Notes under the pieces: model-generated
The model's database searches: none
What the model was told of the DNA's origin: nothing
What the model saw: the letters and a program-made list of their open reading frames with translations, nothing else
Part shown: one piece after another, positions 1 to 14,139 of the stretch
Layout of the letters: every line of letters begins with the position of its first letter
Position numbering within the stretch: the stretch's first letter is position 1
Position numbers and translations under genes: made by a program
DNA from: the human T2T-CHM13v2.0 reference genome, Homo sapiens
Strand: one strand, 5' to 3'
Assembly (NCBI RefSeq): GCF_009914755.1
Contig: NC_060947.1
DNA length: 64,000 bases

Positions 1-3000
1 TTTTTTTCTTAATGATTTGTTTGAGTTCGTTGTAGATTCTGGATATTAGTCCTTTGTTAGATGTATACATTGTGAAGATTTTCTCCCACTCTGTGGGTTG
101 TCTGTTTACTCTGCTGACTGTTCCTTTTGCCATGCAAAAGCTCTCTAGTTTAATTAGGTCCCAGCTATTTATCTTTGTTTTTATTGCATTTGCTTTGGGT
201 TCTTGGTCATTAAATCTTTGCCTAAGCTAATGTCTAGAAGGGTTTTTCCAATGTTATCTTCTAGAATTTTTATAGTTTCAGGTCTTAGATTTAAGTTCTT
301 AATCCATCTTGTGTTGATTTTTGTATAACGTGACAGATGAGGCTCCAGTTTCATTATCCTACATATGGCTAGCTAATTATCCCAGCACCATTTGTTGAAA
401 AGGGTGTCTTTTCCCCACTTTGTGATTTTGTTTGCTCTGTAGAAGATCAGTTGGGTGTAAGTATTTGGGTTAATTTCTAGGTTCTCTATTTTATTCCATT
501 GGTCTCTGTGCCTATTTTTATAGCAGTACCACACTGTTTTGGTGACTATGGCCTTATAATATAGCTTGAAATCAGGTAGTGTGATGCCTCCAGATTTGTT
601 CTTTTTGCTTAGTCTTGCGTTGGCTGTGCAGGCTCCTTTTTGGTTCCATATGAATTTTAGAATTGTTTTTTTCTAATTCTGTGAAGCATGATGGTGGTAT
701 TTTAATGGAGATTGTGTTGAATTTGTAGATTGCTTTCGGCAGTATGCTCATTTTTATAATATTGATTCTACCCATCCATAAGCATGGAATGTGTTTTCAT
801 TTGTTTGTGTCATCTATGATTTCTTTCAACAGTGTTTTGTAGTTTTCCTTGTAGATGTTTTTTTCTCCTTTGTTAGGTATATTCCTAAGTATTTTATTTT
901 ATTTTTGCAGCTATTGTAAAAGGGGTTGAGTTCTTGATTTGATTCTTTGCTTGGTCGCTGTGGTGTATAGCAGAGCTACTGATTTGTGTACATTAATCTT
1001 GTATCTGGAAACTTTGTTGAATTCTTTTATCAGTTCAAGGAGCTTTCTGGAGGAGTCCTTAGGGTTTTCAAAGTAAATGATCATATCATCAGCAAACAGT
1101 TGACAGTTTGACTTTCCCTTTACCGATTTGGATGCACTCTATTTCTTTCTCTTGTCTGATTACTCTGGCTAGGGCTTCCAGTACTATGTTGAAGAGGAGT
1201 GGTGAGAGTGGGCATCCTTGTCTTGTTCCAGTTCTCAGAGTGAATGCTTTCAACTTTTCCCCATTCAGTATTATGTTGGCTGTGGGTTTGTCATAGATGG
1301 CTTTTATTACATTAAGGTATGTTCCTTGTATACCAATTTTGCTGAGAGTTTTAATCATAAAGCGATGTTGGGTTTTGCTGAATGCTTTTTCTGCATCTAT
1401 TGAGATGATCATGTGATTTTTGTTTTTAATTCTGTTTATGTGGTTTGTCACATTAGTCGATTTGCATATGTTAAACCATCCCTGCATCTGTGGTGTGAAA
1501 CCCACTAGATCATGGTGGATTATCTTTTTAATATGTTGTCGGATTCGGTTAGCTAGTGTTTTGTTAAGGATTTTAGCATCTATATTCATCAAGGATATCG
1601 GTCTGTAGTTTTCTTTTTGGTTATGTCCTTTCCTGGTTTTAGTATTAGGGTGCTGCTGGCTTCATAGAATGAATTAGGGAGGGTTCTTTCTTTCTCTATC
1701 TTGTGGAATAGTGTCAAAATGATTGGTACCAATTCTTCTTTAAATGTCTGGTAGAATTCTGCTGTGAATCCGTCTGGTCCTGGACTTTTTTTTTGTCGGT
1801 AATTTTTAAATTACCATTTCAATCTCACTGCTTGTTATTGGTCTGTTAAGAGTATCTAATACTTCCTGATTTAAGCTAGGAGGGTTGTATTGTTCCAGGA
1901 ATTTATCCATCTCTTCTAGGTTTTCTAGTTTATGTGTGTAAAGGTGTTCATAGTAGCCTTGAATGATCTTCTGTATTTCAGTGGTGTCAGTTGTAATATC
2001 TTCTGTTTCACTTCTAAGTGAGGTTATTTGGATTTTCTCTCTTCTTTTCTTGGTTAATCTTGCTAATGGTCTATCAAGTTTATTTATCTTTTCAAAGAAC
2101 CAACTCTTTGTTTCATTTATCTTTTGAATTTTTTTTTGTTTCAATTTCATTTAGTTCTCCTCTGATCTTGGTTATTTTCTTTCTCCTGCTGGGTTTCGGT
2201 TTGGTTTGTTCTTGTTTCTCTAGTTCCTTGAGGTGTGACCTTAGATTTTCTGTTTGTGCTCTTTCAGACTTTTTGATGTAGGTGTTTAGGGCTATGAACT
2301 TTCCTCTTGGCACCACCTTTGCTGTATCCCAGAAGTTTTGATAGGTTGTGTCATTATTGTCATTCAGTTCAAAGAATTTGTTAATTTCCATCTTGATTTC
2401 GTTTTTGACCCCATGCTCATTCAGGAGCAGGTTATTTAATTTCCATGTATTTGCATGTATTTGAAGGTTCCTTTTGGAGTTGATTTCCAGTTTTATTCCA
2501 CCATGGTCTGAGAGAGTACTTGATATAATTTCAATTTTCTTAAATGTATTGAGGCGCATTTTGTGGCCTATCACTTGGTCAATCTTGAAACTTCCATGCA
2601 CTGTTGAATAGAATGCGTATTCTACAGTTGTTGGATGAAATGTTCTGTATGTATCTGTTAGGTCCATTTGTTCCAAGGTATAGCTTAAATCCATTGTTTC
2701 TTTGTTGACTTTCTGTCTTGATGACCTGTCTAGTGCTGTCAGTGGAGTATTGAAGTCCCCCACTATTATTGTGTTGCTGTCTATCTCATTTCTTAGGTCT
2801 ATTAGTAATCATTTTATAAATTTGGGACCTCCAGTGTTAGGTGCATATACTTTTAGGATTGTGTTATTTTCCTGTTGGATAAGGCCTTTTACCATTATAT
2901 AATGTCCCTCTCTGTCTCTTTTAACTGCCATTGCTTTAAAATTTCTTTTGTCTGATTCTAAGTATAGCTACCCCCTGCTTTACCCCCTGCTTGCTTTTGG

Positions 3001-3202
3001 TGTCCATTTGCATGAAATGCCTTTTTTCACCCCTTTACTTGAAGTTTATGTGGGTCCTTATGTCTTAGGTGAGTCTCCTGAAGGCAGCAGACAGCTGGTG
3101 ACTTCTTATCCATTCTGCGTTTCTGTATCTTTTAAGTGGAGCATTTAGGCCATTTACATTCAATGTTAGTATTGAAATGTGAGGTACTGTTGCATTCATC
3201 AT
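1..3202 (-). pseudogene. Disrupted L1 ORF2 (endonuclease/reverse transcriptase) of the L1PB element
   Basis: Begins MNATVPHISILTLNVNGLNAPLK at about 3199-3202; fragments 2113-2763, 1806-2150, 1089-1592 and 572-775 are separated by frameshifts or stops. Confidence 0.9.
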
Positions 3203-3285
3203 GCTCCTTGTTGCCTGTGTACTTTTTTTTAGTTTTTTCTTTTCGGTTTTTAACTTGTATTTTCGTTTTATAGGTCCTGTGTAAT

Positions 3286-4300
3286 TTATGCTTTAAAGAG
3301 GTGCTGTTTTGATGTGTTTCCAGAATTTGTTTCAAGATTTAGATCTCCTTTTAGCAGTTCTTGTAGTGGTGGCTTGGTAATGGCGAATTCTCTCAGCATT
3401 TGTTTGTCTGAAAAAGACTGTATCTTTCCTTCATATATGATGTGTACTTTCACTGGATACAAAATTCTTGGCTGATAATTGTTTTGTTTGAGGAGGCTGA
3501 AGATAGCGCCCCAATCCCTTCTAGCTTGTAGGGTTTCTGCTGAGAAATCTACTGTTAATCTGATAGATTTGCCTTCATAGGTTATCTGGTGCTTCTGTCT
3601 CACCACTCTTAAGATTTTTTCCTTCATCCTAACTTTGGATAACCCAATGACAATGTGCCTAGGTGAGGATCTTTTTGTGATGAACTTCCTAGGTGTTCTT
3701 TGTGCTTCTTGTATATGCATGTCTAGATCTCTAGCAAGGCCAGGGAAGTTTTCCTCGGTCATTCCCCCAAATATGTTTTCCAAGCTTTTAGAATTGTCTT
3801 CTTCCTGAGGAACACTGATTATTCTTAGGTTCAGTCATTTATCATAATCCCAGACTTCTTGGAGGCTTTGTTCGTATTTTCTTATTTTTTTTTCTTTGTC
3901 TTTGTTGGATTGAGCTAATTTGAAGACCTTGTCTTTGAGCTCTGAATTTCTTTCTTCTACTTGTTCAATTCTATTGCTGAGACTTTCCAGAGCATTTCAC
4001 ATTTCTAAAAGTGTGTCCAAAGTTTCCTGAATTTTTTATTGTTTTTTATTTAAGCTATCTATTTCCTTGAATACTTCTCCCTTCACTTCTTGTATCATTT
4101 TTTGGATTTCCTTTCATTGGGCTTTGCCTTTGGTCCTTCCCTGATTGGCTTAATAACTAACCTTCTGAATTCTTTTTCAGGTAAATCAGGTGCGTATTAT
4201 TGGTTTGGATCCACTGCTGGTGAACTAGTTTGATATTTGGGGGTGTTGAAGATCCTTGTTTTGTCACATTACCAGGGTTGGTTTTCTGGTTCCTTCTCAT
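3286..4300 (-). pseudogene. Disrupted L1 ORF1 (RNA-binding protein) of the L1PB element
   Basis: ATG AGA AGG AAC CAG (MRRNQ) at 4300 on the minus strand; ORF 3286-3783 matches the ORF1p RRM/CTD; the upstream part is not continuous in frame with it. Confidence 0.85.
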
Positions 4301-7300
4301 TTGGGTAGGCTCTGTCAGAGGGAAGGTCTAAGGGCTGAAGGCTATTGTTCAGATTCTTTTGTCCCATGGGGTGCTCCCTTGATGTAGTACTCTCCTCTTT
4401 TTCCTGGGGATGTGGCTTCCTGTAAGCCAAACTGCAGTGATTGTTGTCTCTCTTCTGGTTCTAGTCACCCAGTGAATCTACCCAGCTCCAGGCTGGTACT
4501 GGGGATTGTCTGCACAGAGTCCTGTGATGTGAACTGTCTATGGGTCTCTCACCCGTGGATACCAGCGCCTGTTCTGGTAGAGGTGATGGAGGGTGCAATG
4601 GACTCTGTGAGGGCCCTTAGCTTTGGTGATTTAATGCTCTGTTTTTGTGCTGGTTGACCTCCTGCCAGGGGGTGGTGCCTTACAGAAAGCATCAGCTGTA
4701 GAGAGGGACTGGTAGTGGGCTGGGCCCTAGAACTCCCAAGATTAAATGCCCTTTGTCTTCCACTACCAGGGTGGATAGAGAAGGACCATCAGGTGGGGTG
4801 GGACTAGGTGTGTCTGAGCTCAGACTCCTTGGGTGGGTCTTCCTGTGACTGCTGTGGGGGATGGGGGTGAGATTCCCAAGTCACTGGAGTTATGTACCTA
4901 GGAGTATTATGGCTGCCTCTGCTGAGTCTTGCAGGTAGTCAGGGAAGTGGGGGAAAGCTGGCAGTCACAGGCCTCACCTAGCTCCCACGCAAACTGAATG
5001 GTCAGTCTCACCCCCACTGTGCCTCCCCCAACAGCCCCAAGTCCGTTTCCAGAGGAAGGGCGAGACGGACTTGAAAACTTGCCCGAGGCTTTCCTCCTCT
5101 CAGCTGCTGAAGAAAAGGGCTTTTTAGTTCTTCACCCTGCCTGTGAAGTCTGCTTGCAGGATTGGCGCCCTCCCCTGGGTTCTGGCCAGGAGGCTTCTCA
5201 CCCCATTCAAATTGTTACAAAGTCCAGCTAAAGAATTCCTTCTCCCTATGGAGTTTTACACCCTGCTCCTCTGGCCAATCTCTCAATGGATCCCTGTGGT
5301 GTCAGGCAAGAATGGGCTGCTTGGGGACCCAGCGAGCTCTCAGGACCTTTCTGCTGCTTCCTCTACCCCTGTATTTCACTTGGCTCGGCTCTCTAACTTG
5401 ACTCAGCTGCAGGTAAAGTTGGAAACTTCTCCTGGAAACAGACCTTCAGCTTTTCCTGTGGGAGTGTGTATTCAGGAGAGGAGGGTTTCCCTTTCCTACT
5501 TCCACAGTTGAGGCACTCACAGTATTTGGGGTGTCTCCCGGGTCCTGCAGGAGCAGTCTCCTTCCTTCAGAGGGTCTGTGGGTCCTCTCAGGATTGCTGG
5601 TTTGTTCTTGCATTCAATCTGGAGCTAAAATTCACAATGCTAGCCTCTGCATGCTGCTCTGTCTGGAGCTGCAATCTAGTCCTGCCTCCCACCCACCATG
5701 ATCCCCACAAGTAAGTTTCAAGTAGTGTCCATGAGTTACAATCAAGATGATAACTCCATACACTTCAAGCCAAGACTTCTATTAATCTTTTATATATTAA
5801 AATACAAATCATAATTTAGCAATGTTTACTGAACATATTTCTGCGAAGAAATCTCTTACTAGTTTCTGGATGAAAATTATACTTGATTGTGTCCTCCCAA
5901 AACTTGGACCTACCCATGTTTGTTAAAATAGGAAAGGAGAAAGTAAGATTTTGGTTTAATCATTCTATTATGTATGAGTTTGTAGGAGGTATTAGACATT
6001 ATCTGTTTCAAGTACAATAAAAAGCTCTAAAATAAATGTAAGCATTTCAGTTTTAGTTTGCTGAGGAATATAGCATGCTATAGTGGAGTAATTACTGCAT
6101 CAGAGTCAGAATCCATTGAACTTCTGTTTTTCTGTCTATAAAGTAAAAATGGGACTAATAGAATCCCTAAAATTCTACCACATTGTTGGAAAACTTGCAT
6201 GTGCTTTGCAGGTAAGGGATTTAAGAACGATATTTGCTGTAAAAAATGTGAGATGAGTATTATTTTCCCGCAGGAATAGGATGACCGGTTGCTAAATATC
6301 AGTGGGTTATGTTCTCTATTCCTAGACTTCCCATTTCCTTCATAAACTCTTATCAGTCCATCTTTCTGCAATCACTCAAGAGGTCTGTATGTGCTTTCCA
6401 AATTTCTTCTCTTGGCTTCAGAAATTTTATTTGGGTTTTGTTCCAGCTTATATTTTATTTGTTTATGTAAAACTTGTCTCTACTCCTCTTCCTTTTTACT
6501 TCTTTTTGTGATTTGCTGCTATTTTGTGTTTCTTGACAGAGGTAAGTCATGTATTGTTCACCTGTTTATAGCTCTATTTCTAGCCAGCTCCTTCTGTCTA
6601 AACGTTCAGGCTCACTTTCTCTCTCTAAAACTGACTTTAAAACTAATATTTTCTTTTCAGCTTGCAGTTCAGTATGTCTGTAAAGTTTTTGTGATACTAT
6701 TTTCTCATGGACCAGAGATAAACAAATGGTATTACATTATAATGCTCTAATACAATCAACTGTTGCATGAATGAGGTGTTTTTCAATGAGTAACAATATT
6801 TGTCAAGCAGGTATAATTCCATTCTGACTAATGGAAAGAATTTTGTGTCCTTCAATTGATGAAAGTGAAGATTTTACAGATCAAAGTTTTAATTTAAAAA
6901 ATAACTACTGAAAATTGCAATGCCTGCAAGTGTTTAAATATAGCATAGGAGCTTCTGGAGATACACATACACAAATAATTTTTCTTATTATGTACAGATA
7001 TTTTGTTCTTCATGGCTTGTTAAACAATGAAAATGAACATTCGGTAATGATATTTAAATTTTGTTTGATGGGTGGGTATGTTTGTGAGTGTGTGTATCGT
7101 GATGGGGAGTGGGTGAGTGCACTTGATTTATTTCCTATTTTCTTCTTGTTTCTGCTCCTTGCATTTTGCTGGAGGACCCTGAATGCTTTATTTTCTCAAC
7201 CATGTCTACTCCCCCAGTGACAAAGAACATTGAGGAACTACATGAATAGAAAAGGCAAGAGCTCTAATGAGGTCTTTAAAAAGGACTCCATTGGGTGGTC

Positions 7301-7684
7301 AGAGTAGGGTGTAATAGTTATTTGATTTAAAATGAAGTCCTTAATGGCGTCTATCACTAATACATTCTGAATTGATTATGGGAGTGTGGAATGCTTGCAA
7401 AGAATGGAGAAAACTGCCAAATACAGACTGAATTTGTTTGAAAGGCTTTTAAAAGAGGGGGCAGAAACATAAGTAAATATGTGTATATGAAATATATAGA
7501 AGGAAATGGGTAACTGTGTGCATATGTTACTATTTTCTACCATGGTAGGATTTCTGTATAGAAACAGCCCAAGGAATCATATCTCTAATTTTTTACGTTA
7601 TATGCCGAAAGAAAGGTGTAATTAATGGTGCTAAGAATCCAAGCAGAATACCCTTATATTTTTCAAATTGATACCTTCTACCTC

Positions 7685-7830
7685 ATCTCATTTAATGCTC
7701 ACAATAGGCCTGTGAAGTAGAGGCTCCTGTGAAGATAGAGATCCTGAGTCTCAGCACGGTTAAGTAGCAATCTGCCTTGGATTACACAACCAATGAGTGG
7801 AAGGGCTGAGGATAAAACATGGCACATAAC
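7685..7830 (-). mobile_element. MIR SINE fragment
   Basis: ctcatttaatgctcacaata...ctgagtctcagcacggttaagt...agtggaagggctgagg resembles the reverse MIR core. Confidence 0.6.
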
Positions 7831-8339
7831 CAAGTGTCCTTGTCTATTTTTTGTAATAAAATTGTATTATTTTATTATGATAATTTAGTTAAGAATCTTG
7901 CATGTATGTAAACGTGTGAAGAAGAAAACAAGTTAAGGCATAATGTCATCACGCAGCAATATCAACTACTAATGTTTTGGTTTATTTCCTTTCAGATGCA
8001 TGCATGGGTAGACAGAAGACAAGAATTGAGGTTATCATTGCAATCAGAGTTTTGCGCCTTGTTTTCCTCCTTGTAATACAATATGAGCTTTTCATCATGT
8101 CATTAGATAGTCTTCAGAATTATAATTTTAAGCTCCCAATGCCTTTCTCCTGGTTCATGCCACCCCTTCTTAAATGAATTCATCCATCATTGGTGACAGT
8201 CCAAAATGGAAAGATGACACATGCCAGCGATCTAAGAGCCTTCTAATACTCATGATCATATTGTCATGGGGAGGTGTCACTTTAGTGAGTTTTGTTTTGT
8301 TTTTATTTTTTGTTCTGTTTCATGTTTTTCACAGACGGA

Positions 8340-8480
8340 TGGAGAGAAAGGCCTCTAAGCTGTTAGGTTTTAAAGCAGACCCTGCTTCCATTCTTAATCC
8401 TAGACTTGTCATGATTTTCTCTCTGTGATTTATCTATAAAGTAGGAGTGCCCCTCACTGGTGAGGGAAGGATTCAATGAA
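8340..8480 (+). mobile_element. MIR SINE fragment
   Basis: Degenerate MIR core ctctctgtgatttatctataaagtagg...gaaggattcaatga. Confidence 0.45.
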
Positions 8481-8724
8481 GATTCAGGATCCCTTAATAT
8501 GTAGGACTTTGGCTGAGGAAATAAAGGATAGGCTAGGATTTTTCAAGTTGTCTCTACCATGGCACAGGGAATAGTGAGTCTTGTGCCTGGCTCCCGAGTT
8601 AGGTGGATGTGTTGGTGGATTATTGCTCTTGTAAATATCCTTCTGTATATATCCTTTGGTAAATTAACAGGTGGTCAGCACTCCTAGGTTTCCATGTTCC
8701 TTTAATTCTCATTGCCATATAACT

Positions 8725-8812
8725 CAGAGCCAGTCATTTCCTCAATGTGGTTTCATCTCTAAAATGAAGATGTTGGATTAGCTGATCTCCTTATTCCTAC
8801 AAGTTCTAAAAT
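8725..8812 (+). mobile_element. MIR3-like fragment
   Basis: tttcatctctaaaatgaagatgttggattagctgatctcc...gttctaaaatt matches the MIR3 3' end. Confidence 0.55.
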
Positions 8813-9249
8813 TGTTGTACATCTATTGTATGCTGTTCAGTAAATGGATGACCAGACATGAGCCCTCTAATGCAGCTCCACAGGCAGTGATGGGGAAGTA
8901 GAAAACATTTTCTAATTTCCATTAACCCCTTCCCCCATCTACTCTATCTCCGGAATTATATTTTTAGAAGCCAAGTGCTTCTTGACTTTTTGCAAAACAA
9001 TATTTTGATGACTTAATTTAATATAGGTCAGCAACATATGGACTCTATTTTACTTGAAATGTCCACTGGTTTAAAAATGAAACAAAGATTTTGGCAAATG
9101 TTTTTAAAAGTATCTTGAAACTTAACCCAGGTTTTCCGTGCCTATGCCTTTATATGAATGTGATTATTGTTCTTGTCTCTTTAAATACTGAAGCCTGCAG
9201 TGCCTATTACAATTACATGTCCACTAAAGAACAAGTAGGCATCAGCTGA

Positions 9250-9588
<339 letters not shown>

Positions 9589-10177
9589 TGAAAGGGAAAA
9601 ACGCCTGCATAAGCAAGCACAGTGTAGCTTATAAATTAAAAAATAGTAGCCAAAGCAAAAAGAAGAAATATCAGTTGAAACAGCTACTTTATTAGTAATG
9701 TGTGATAGTGCTATAGGCAGACAAATAGCAATAGTCTTCTACTTACATATATTCTTAATTAATCTTGAAACCCTGACAGGCTTTTCACTGAAAATTCCAT
9801 TTTGCTCCTTTGGATATCAGACCCTGTTTGTAAGATGCTATTTAGTTTTCTCCTAGCTACAGCCTAACCTTTTCTCTCTCAAGCCTTTTAAAAATGAATA
9901 TTTCATAGCATAATTTGCCTTCCTTTGTAACTAGAGTGTTTTGGAAAGCTACAAATAAGAAAACACAGGTTGCAAAGCCAGGCAGAATCCCTCCTCTTAC
10001 TTCTATTGTATCAATCAGAATGTTGGTTTTTCTAAAGGGATCAAAGCCATTTATCTGTTGGAGCACATTAAACCCCTGCCTAAAGGATTTAGGCTACTGT
10101 TTTCTCTTCCAGAAAGGAATTACCACAACCATACAAGTCAGCATAGTAAGAAGCTAAGAACATTTTGTCAATTCTCC

Positions 10178-10500
10178 CATTCATTCATTCATTCACTCAT
10201 TCTACGTTTCCTGCAACTTCCTATCCTGGGCAGGAGACAGATAAGTAAATAAGCAGTGATGATACCAAGCTTTCTAATAGAGGGATGATGCAAGGAGGGG
10301 CTTACTGCCATCAGGCAAGTTTTCTCTAGTCAATTCCTTTCTGGCAGACTGAGGGCCAATTCACTGGTAGAGACTAGTTGGGATTGACATACCAATGAGG
10401 TAGAAACAGATTGTACCAAAGCATGGAAATGCAAAATGATCTGGCCCACTTTGGAAAGAAATTCAGCATGTGTAGTCATTGACATAGTGGCAGAGAGGTA
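10178..10500 (-). mobile_element. L2 3'-end fragment
   Basis: cattcattcattcactcattc (reverse of the L2 tail) followed by degenerate L2-like sequence. Confidence 0.5.
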
Positions 10501-10679
10501 GATGGACTGGGGACGGGGTTCCTAGATACAGAGAAGCATTAGATATTTGATTATTTCTTTAAGAAAAATACAAATAATTTTCAATGACCCCATGATTTCT
10601 ACATGAAGCTCTCCTGACTCACACACCCAGAGACATTTATATCAATAAAGGTTATTGTTGGCAGTAACCAAGACTCCTC

Positions 10680-10892
10680 ATGAACTCCTATTCACCCTTC
10701 AAGACCTAGCTTAAATAGCACTTTTGTAAGGAAGCTTCCCTTGATCCTGACTTCATGTCCCCTCTCAGAGCACTGCTCAAACATCATCTTTTGCGCTAGG
10801 CTGACTTGCCTATATTGCTCACCATTGTATCTCAAAGTTCAACATGGTGCCTGGCCCCTAGAAGGAGCTTGACAAATAATTTTTGAATGAAC
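10680..10892 (+). mobile_element. L2 3'-end fragment
   Basis: ttcaagacctagcttaaat...ggtgcctggcccctagaaggagcttgacaaataatttttgaatgaac resembles the L2 terminus. Confidence 0.7.
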
Positions 10893-12799
10893 AAAAGAAT
10901 ATATATTATGCCCATTAAAACTCTATGAAGGATACAGGTACAACCTTGAGCACTCACGCAAAAAAAAATATTGTAGCTAAAAGAGTAAATGGAAGTAACA
11001 CAATTTGAATCTTTATTATAAGACATTTAACTTAAAAGCACCAAGTTGAAAGTTTTTGGTTTTTGATTCGTCTTTCAAAGCCCAGAGTCACTTTCCAAAT
11101 AATCTGCCTGGGACTGTTTTGTTGTTTACACATCTCTTTATTTTTTTTCCTGCTGTTATTTTCATTAACAACAAATATTTTAATATCATACTAAACTGAG
11201 CTACATTAGATCAACTCGAAATCTTTTAGACTCTCAAAAGCTGGGCATTACATATTCAAAACAGGACCTAATGTTTCAGAGCTTCATATTCTACTATAAT
11301 TATATGGTTCAATGCAAGTGATTATATCTCTTCTTCAGTAACGGGCTGAAAAGTTTTGGTTTGCTGGTTCCCTCATAATTTACTGCCTAGGTATAATAGG
11401 CCAGTCTTGCGGAAAAAAAGATGATAAATGATGCTGGCTAGGAATCATAGATTTATTAAATTTCTATCAAACAGTGCAACAAAAAAAAATCTGCTTAAGT
11501 TAGAAATGGGCTCAAATTTTTTAATCAAAATTCATGAGTCCTGATGCTTGGTTCAGTAGGTCCAAGGAAGGTTTGAATTGAAGACTGATTAAAGAAAATA
11601 AAAGGCTTATTTGAAGTAATTTTTCAATGACGGCTTTTAATTGGATGTTAAATCAAATTCTTATCTGCCTTTCTGCAGATAGCACATTATATAAAATACA
11701 GTTAGCGGCACTACCACTGTAACGGATACACTGAATAACAATTGACTTCTCACTTTACACTGAGAGGGTAGAAGGGCTGTGTTTGTCAGCCTGTCAGAAA
11801 TTAAGTATGTAAATTAATGCTTAAGTGTATGAATATGAATATGATTTACAAGAGGCTTGGAGTATTGTTGGGGAAAATACTGAGGTTTTTCTTTCCCCTT
11901 CAAGGTTAACAAGTACTCAGTGACCTTTACAGACAGCGTGCAGCCATGAGTGTGTTAGTGTGTGTACCCACGTGTGCATTTTGCCAGTGAGCTTGGGCTG
12001 GGAGCTTAAATACTCCCGAAGAGCAAATACCGGACTCATTCTCTAATGTCCCTTTCTGCCATCCATGAGTGTCAGCCCATAAAAGCAATTTCATTAGCAT
12101 TTCCTCATTTTCCAATATAAGCAGTCAGTGTGGTACTAATAATGGGTCCTTATCCATCCTTTGCAGAGGATGGGTATTGTGCCCTGTGGAGGGAAGATGG
12201 GCTACCTTGACTGGGGGGCTCAGAGAGCACCCTGGCCAGCATATGTAAGCACTTGAGACCCTATTTGGGAAAAATGGTTGGCATTCCTGAAAAAGTGCTT
12301 AACCTTTTGCAGGCCATAGTGGGGACGGGGATGGAACAGATTCATCTTTCACAGCTGACTGAGATGAGGTTGGTTTGCAAGAGTTAATGGAACTTTTGTT
12401 AAGTACTGAATTAACTCCCAGGATAGCGTCTGCAGATTGAGGGAATGGAGTTTGCATAGAATGGTTTTCTCACATACATTTTTAATGGTAGATCTTTAGT
12501 AGACAGCTCATTAATTTCATGATTCATTACCATGAATAATATCCTTTAGGCTTGGGAAAATTTTCTCCCATTTTTATTCTAATTTTTGGAGGAACTGTAA
12601 AAGCTGTGCTTCACAGAATTTAAAAAGGGGAAACCCCAGTACATAGTTTAGTTACAAATACATATTAGTTTCTCTGTTGCCCTAAACAGAATAGCTTCTA
12701 TGTTGGCTTTCCATGTTTGAATACACACAATATCATCATTTTGCTGATTGAGAATTATTATTTAAACTAGTGAAATTTACGTTGCCTTCCTAAATAGTC

Positions 12800-12969
12800 T
12801 TTTTTTTTTTTTTTTAAGTTTAGAAACAGAGTCTAGCTCCATCACCCAGGCTGGAGTGCAATGACGTGATCATAGCTCACTATAGCATCGGACTCCCGGG
12901 CTCAACAGATCCTCCCACTTCAGCCTTCCAAGTAGCTGGGACTTCAGGTGCATGCCAGCATTCCCAGCT
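12800..12969 (-). mobile_element. Alu right monomer (FRAM or AluJ right arm)
   Basis: T-tail, then cacccaggctggagtgca...gatcatagctcac...gggctcaa..gatcctcccacttcagcc (J-type diagnostics); no left arm. Confidence 0.85.
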
Positions 12970-13043
12970 TGTCTGTTCCATTGCATATTTTCTTTACCAC
13001 TTTTAGAGTAAAGTTATTTTAATTGACAAATTCTAAATTGCAT

Positions 13044-13360
13044 TAATAATAATAATACCTACATCTGCTATATATTGAGTGCCTCATTTGGATCAGGCTG
13101 GTTACTTGATATTGATGGTTAACAGCAGCTTGTGGTGAGTCCTGTAGCGCCTGAGGAATATTCCAAGGCCATATGGTCAGAAGTGGCCCAGCAGGCATTG
13201 CAGCCCCACTTGGATTGACCCCAGACCCTACGTGCTGCACCATAATGTAGCATGCTTCTCTCCGTCAAATCTTCACAGCACTTGCAAGGTAGTTGGCATT
13301 AAGCATCTTTTACAGATGATGAAACTGAGGCTCAGGAATGGTAAGTAATCCAGAACACAA
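13044..13360 (-). mobile_element. MIR fragments
   Basis: taataataatacctac...ttgagtgcct and tttacagatgatgaaactgaggctcag match the reverse MIR core. Confidence 0.65.
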
Positions 13361-13481
13361 TTAAGACATTGGTGAGACATTTGAGCAAAAAGTATTTCCA
13401 TTTCTACCCTTCACCCACTGCCTCCTCCTCACCTTACACCGTGAGCACTTTCTCCACCATGATGCTGAGGGCCTGCACCCT

Positions 13482-13805
<324 letters not shown>

Positions 13806-13819
13806 GCCTGCACCCTTAA

Positions 13820-14130
13820 CATTTATTCAGAGACTCCTATGCAGTCGTCTTTTCTGGGACCTCATCTTTGTTGGTTTTATTTTCTGGGGGGAATAGCATT
13901 TGACATTTTCCCATCCTTCTTTTGAAGACTCTTGACATTGTATTTTCTTGGCTCTCATCCCGCCTGTCTGTCTGTGATTTGCTGTTTTTCCCTTCCATCC
14001 CTCAGCATGAGGTATCATTTCAGTACTTTAACTTTGAGCCTTTTCAGTAATCAGATGTAGTCATTCTCTTATCCAGTCATTTCTTACTGTGCCATCTCTC
14101 CCAGACTGCTGTCTCACACTTCTAGCCATG
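13820..14130 (+). mobile_element. L2 internal fragment
   Basis: agcatttgacattttcccatccttcttttgaagactctt resembles a recurrent L2 segment. Confidence 0.45.
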
Positions 14131-14139
14131 CTCTACTTG

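Larger units (their letters stand above)
1..5706 (-). mobile_element. LINE-1, L1PB-type (L1PBa-like 5' UTR); 5' UTR, ORF1 and most of ORF2, with the 3' part continuing beyond the left edge
   Basis: Minus-strand ORF fragments translate to L1 ORF2 endonuclease ([14 protein letters not shown]), RT ([18 protein letters not shown]) and ORF1 C-terminus (LQARRDWGAIF...YPVK). The 5' end on the minus strand reads GGGGATCATGGTGGGTGGGAGGCAGGACTAGATTGCAGCTCC, which I recognise as an L1PBa-type start. Confidence 0.93.

Noticed and set aside
4412-5714. Several plus-strand ORFs of 77-122 aa
   Set aside because: They lie antisense in the GC-richer L1PB 5' UTR and show no protein-like features.
6078-6750. 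97-aa and 119-aa ORFs in unique DNA
   Set aside because: Non-ATG starts, composition driven by T-rich sequence, and no recognisable homology.
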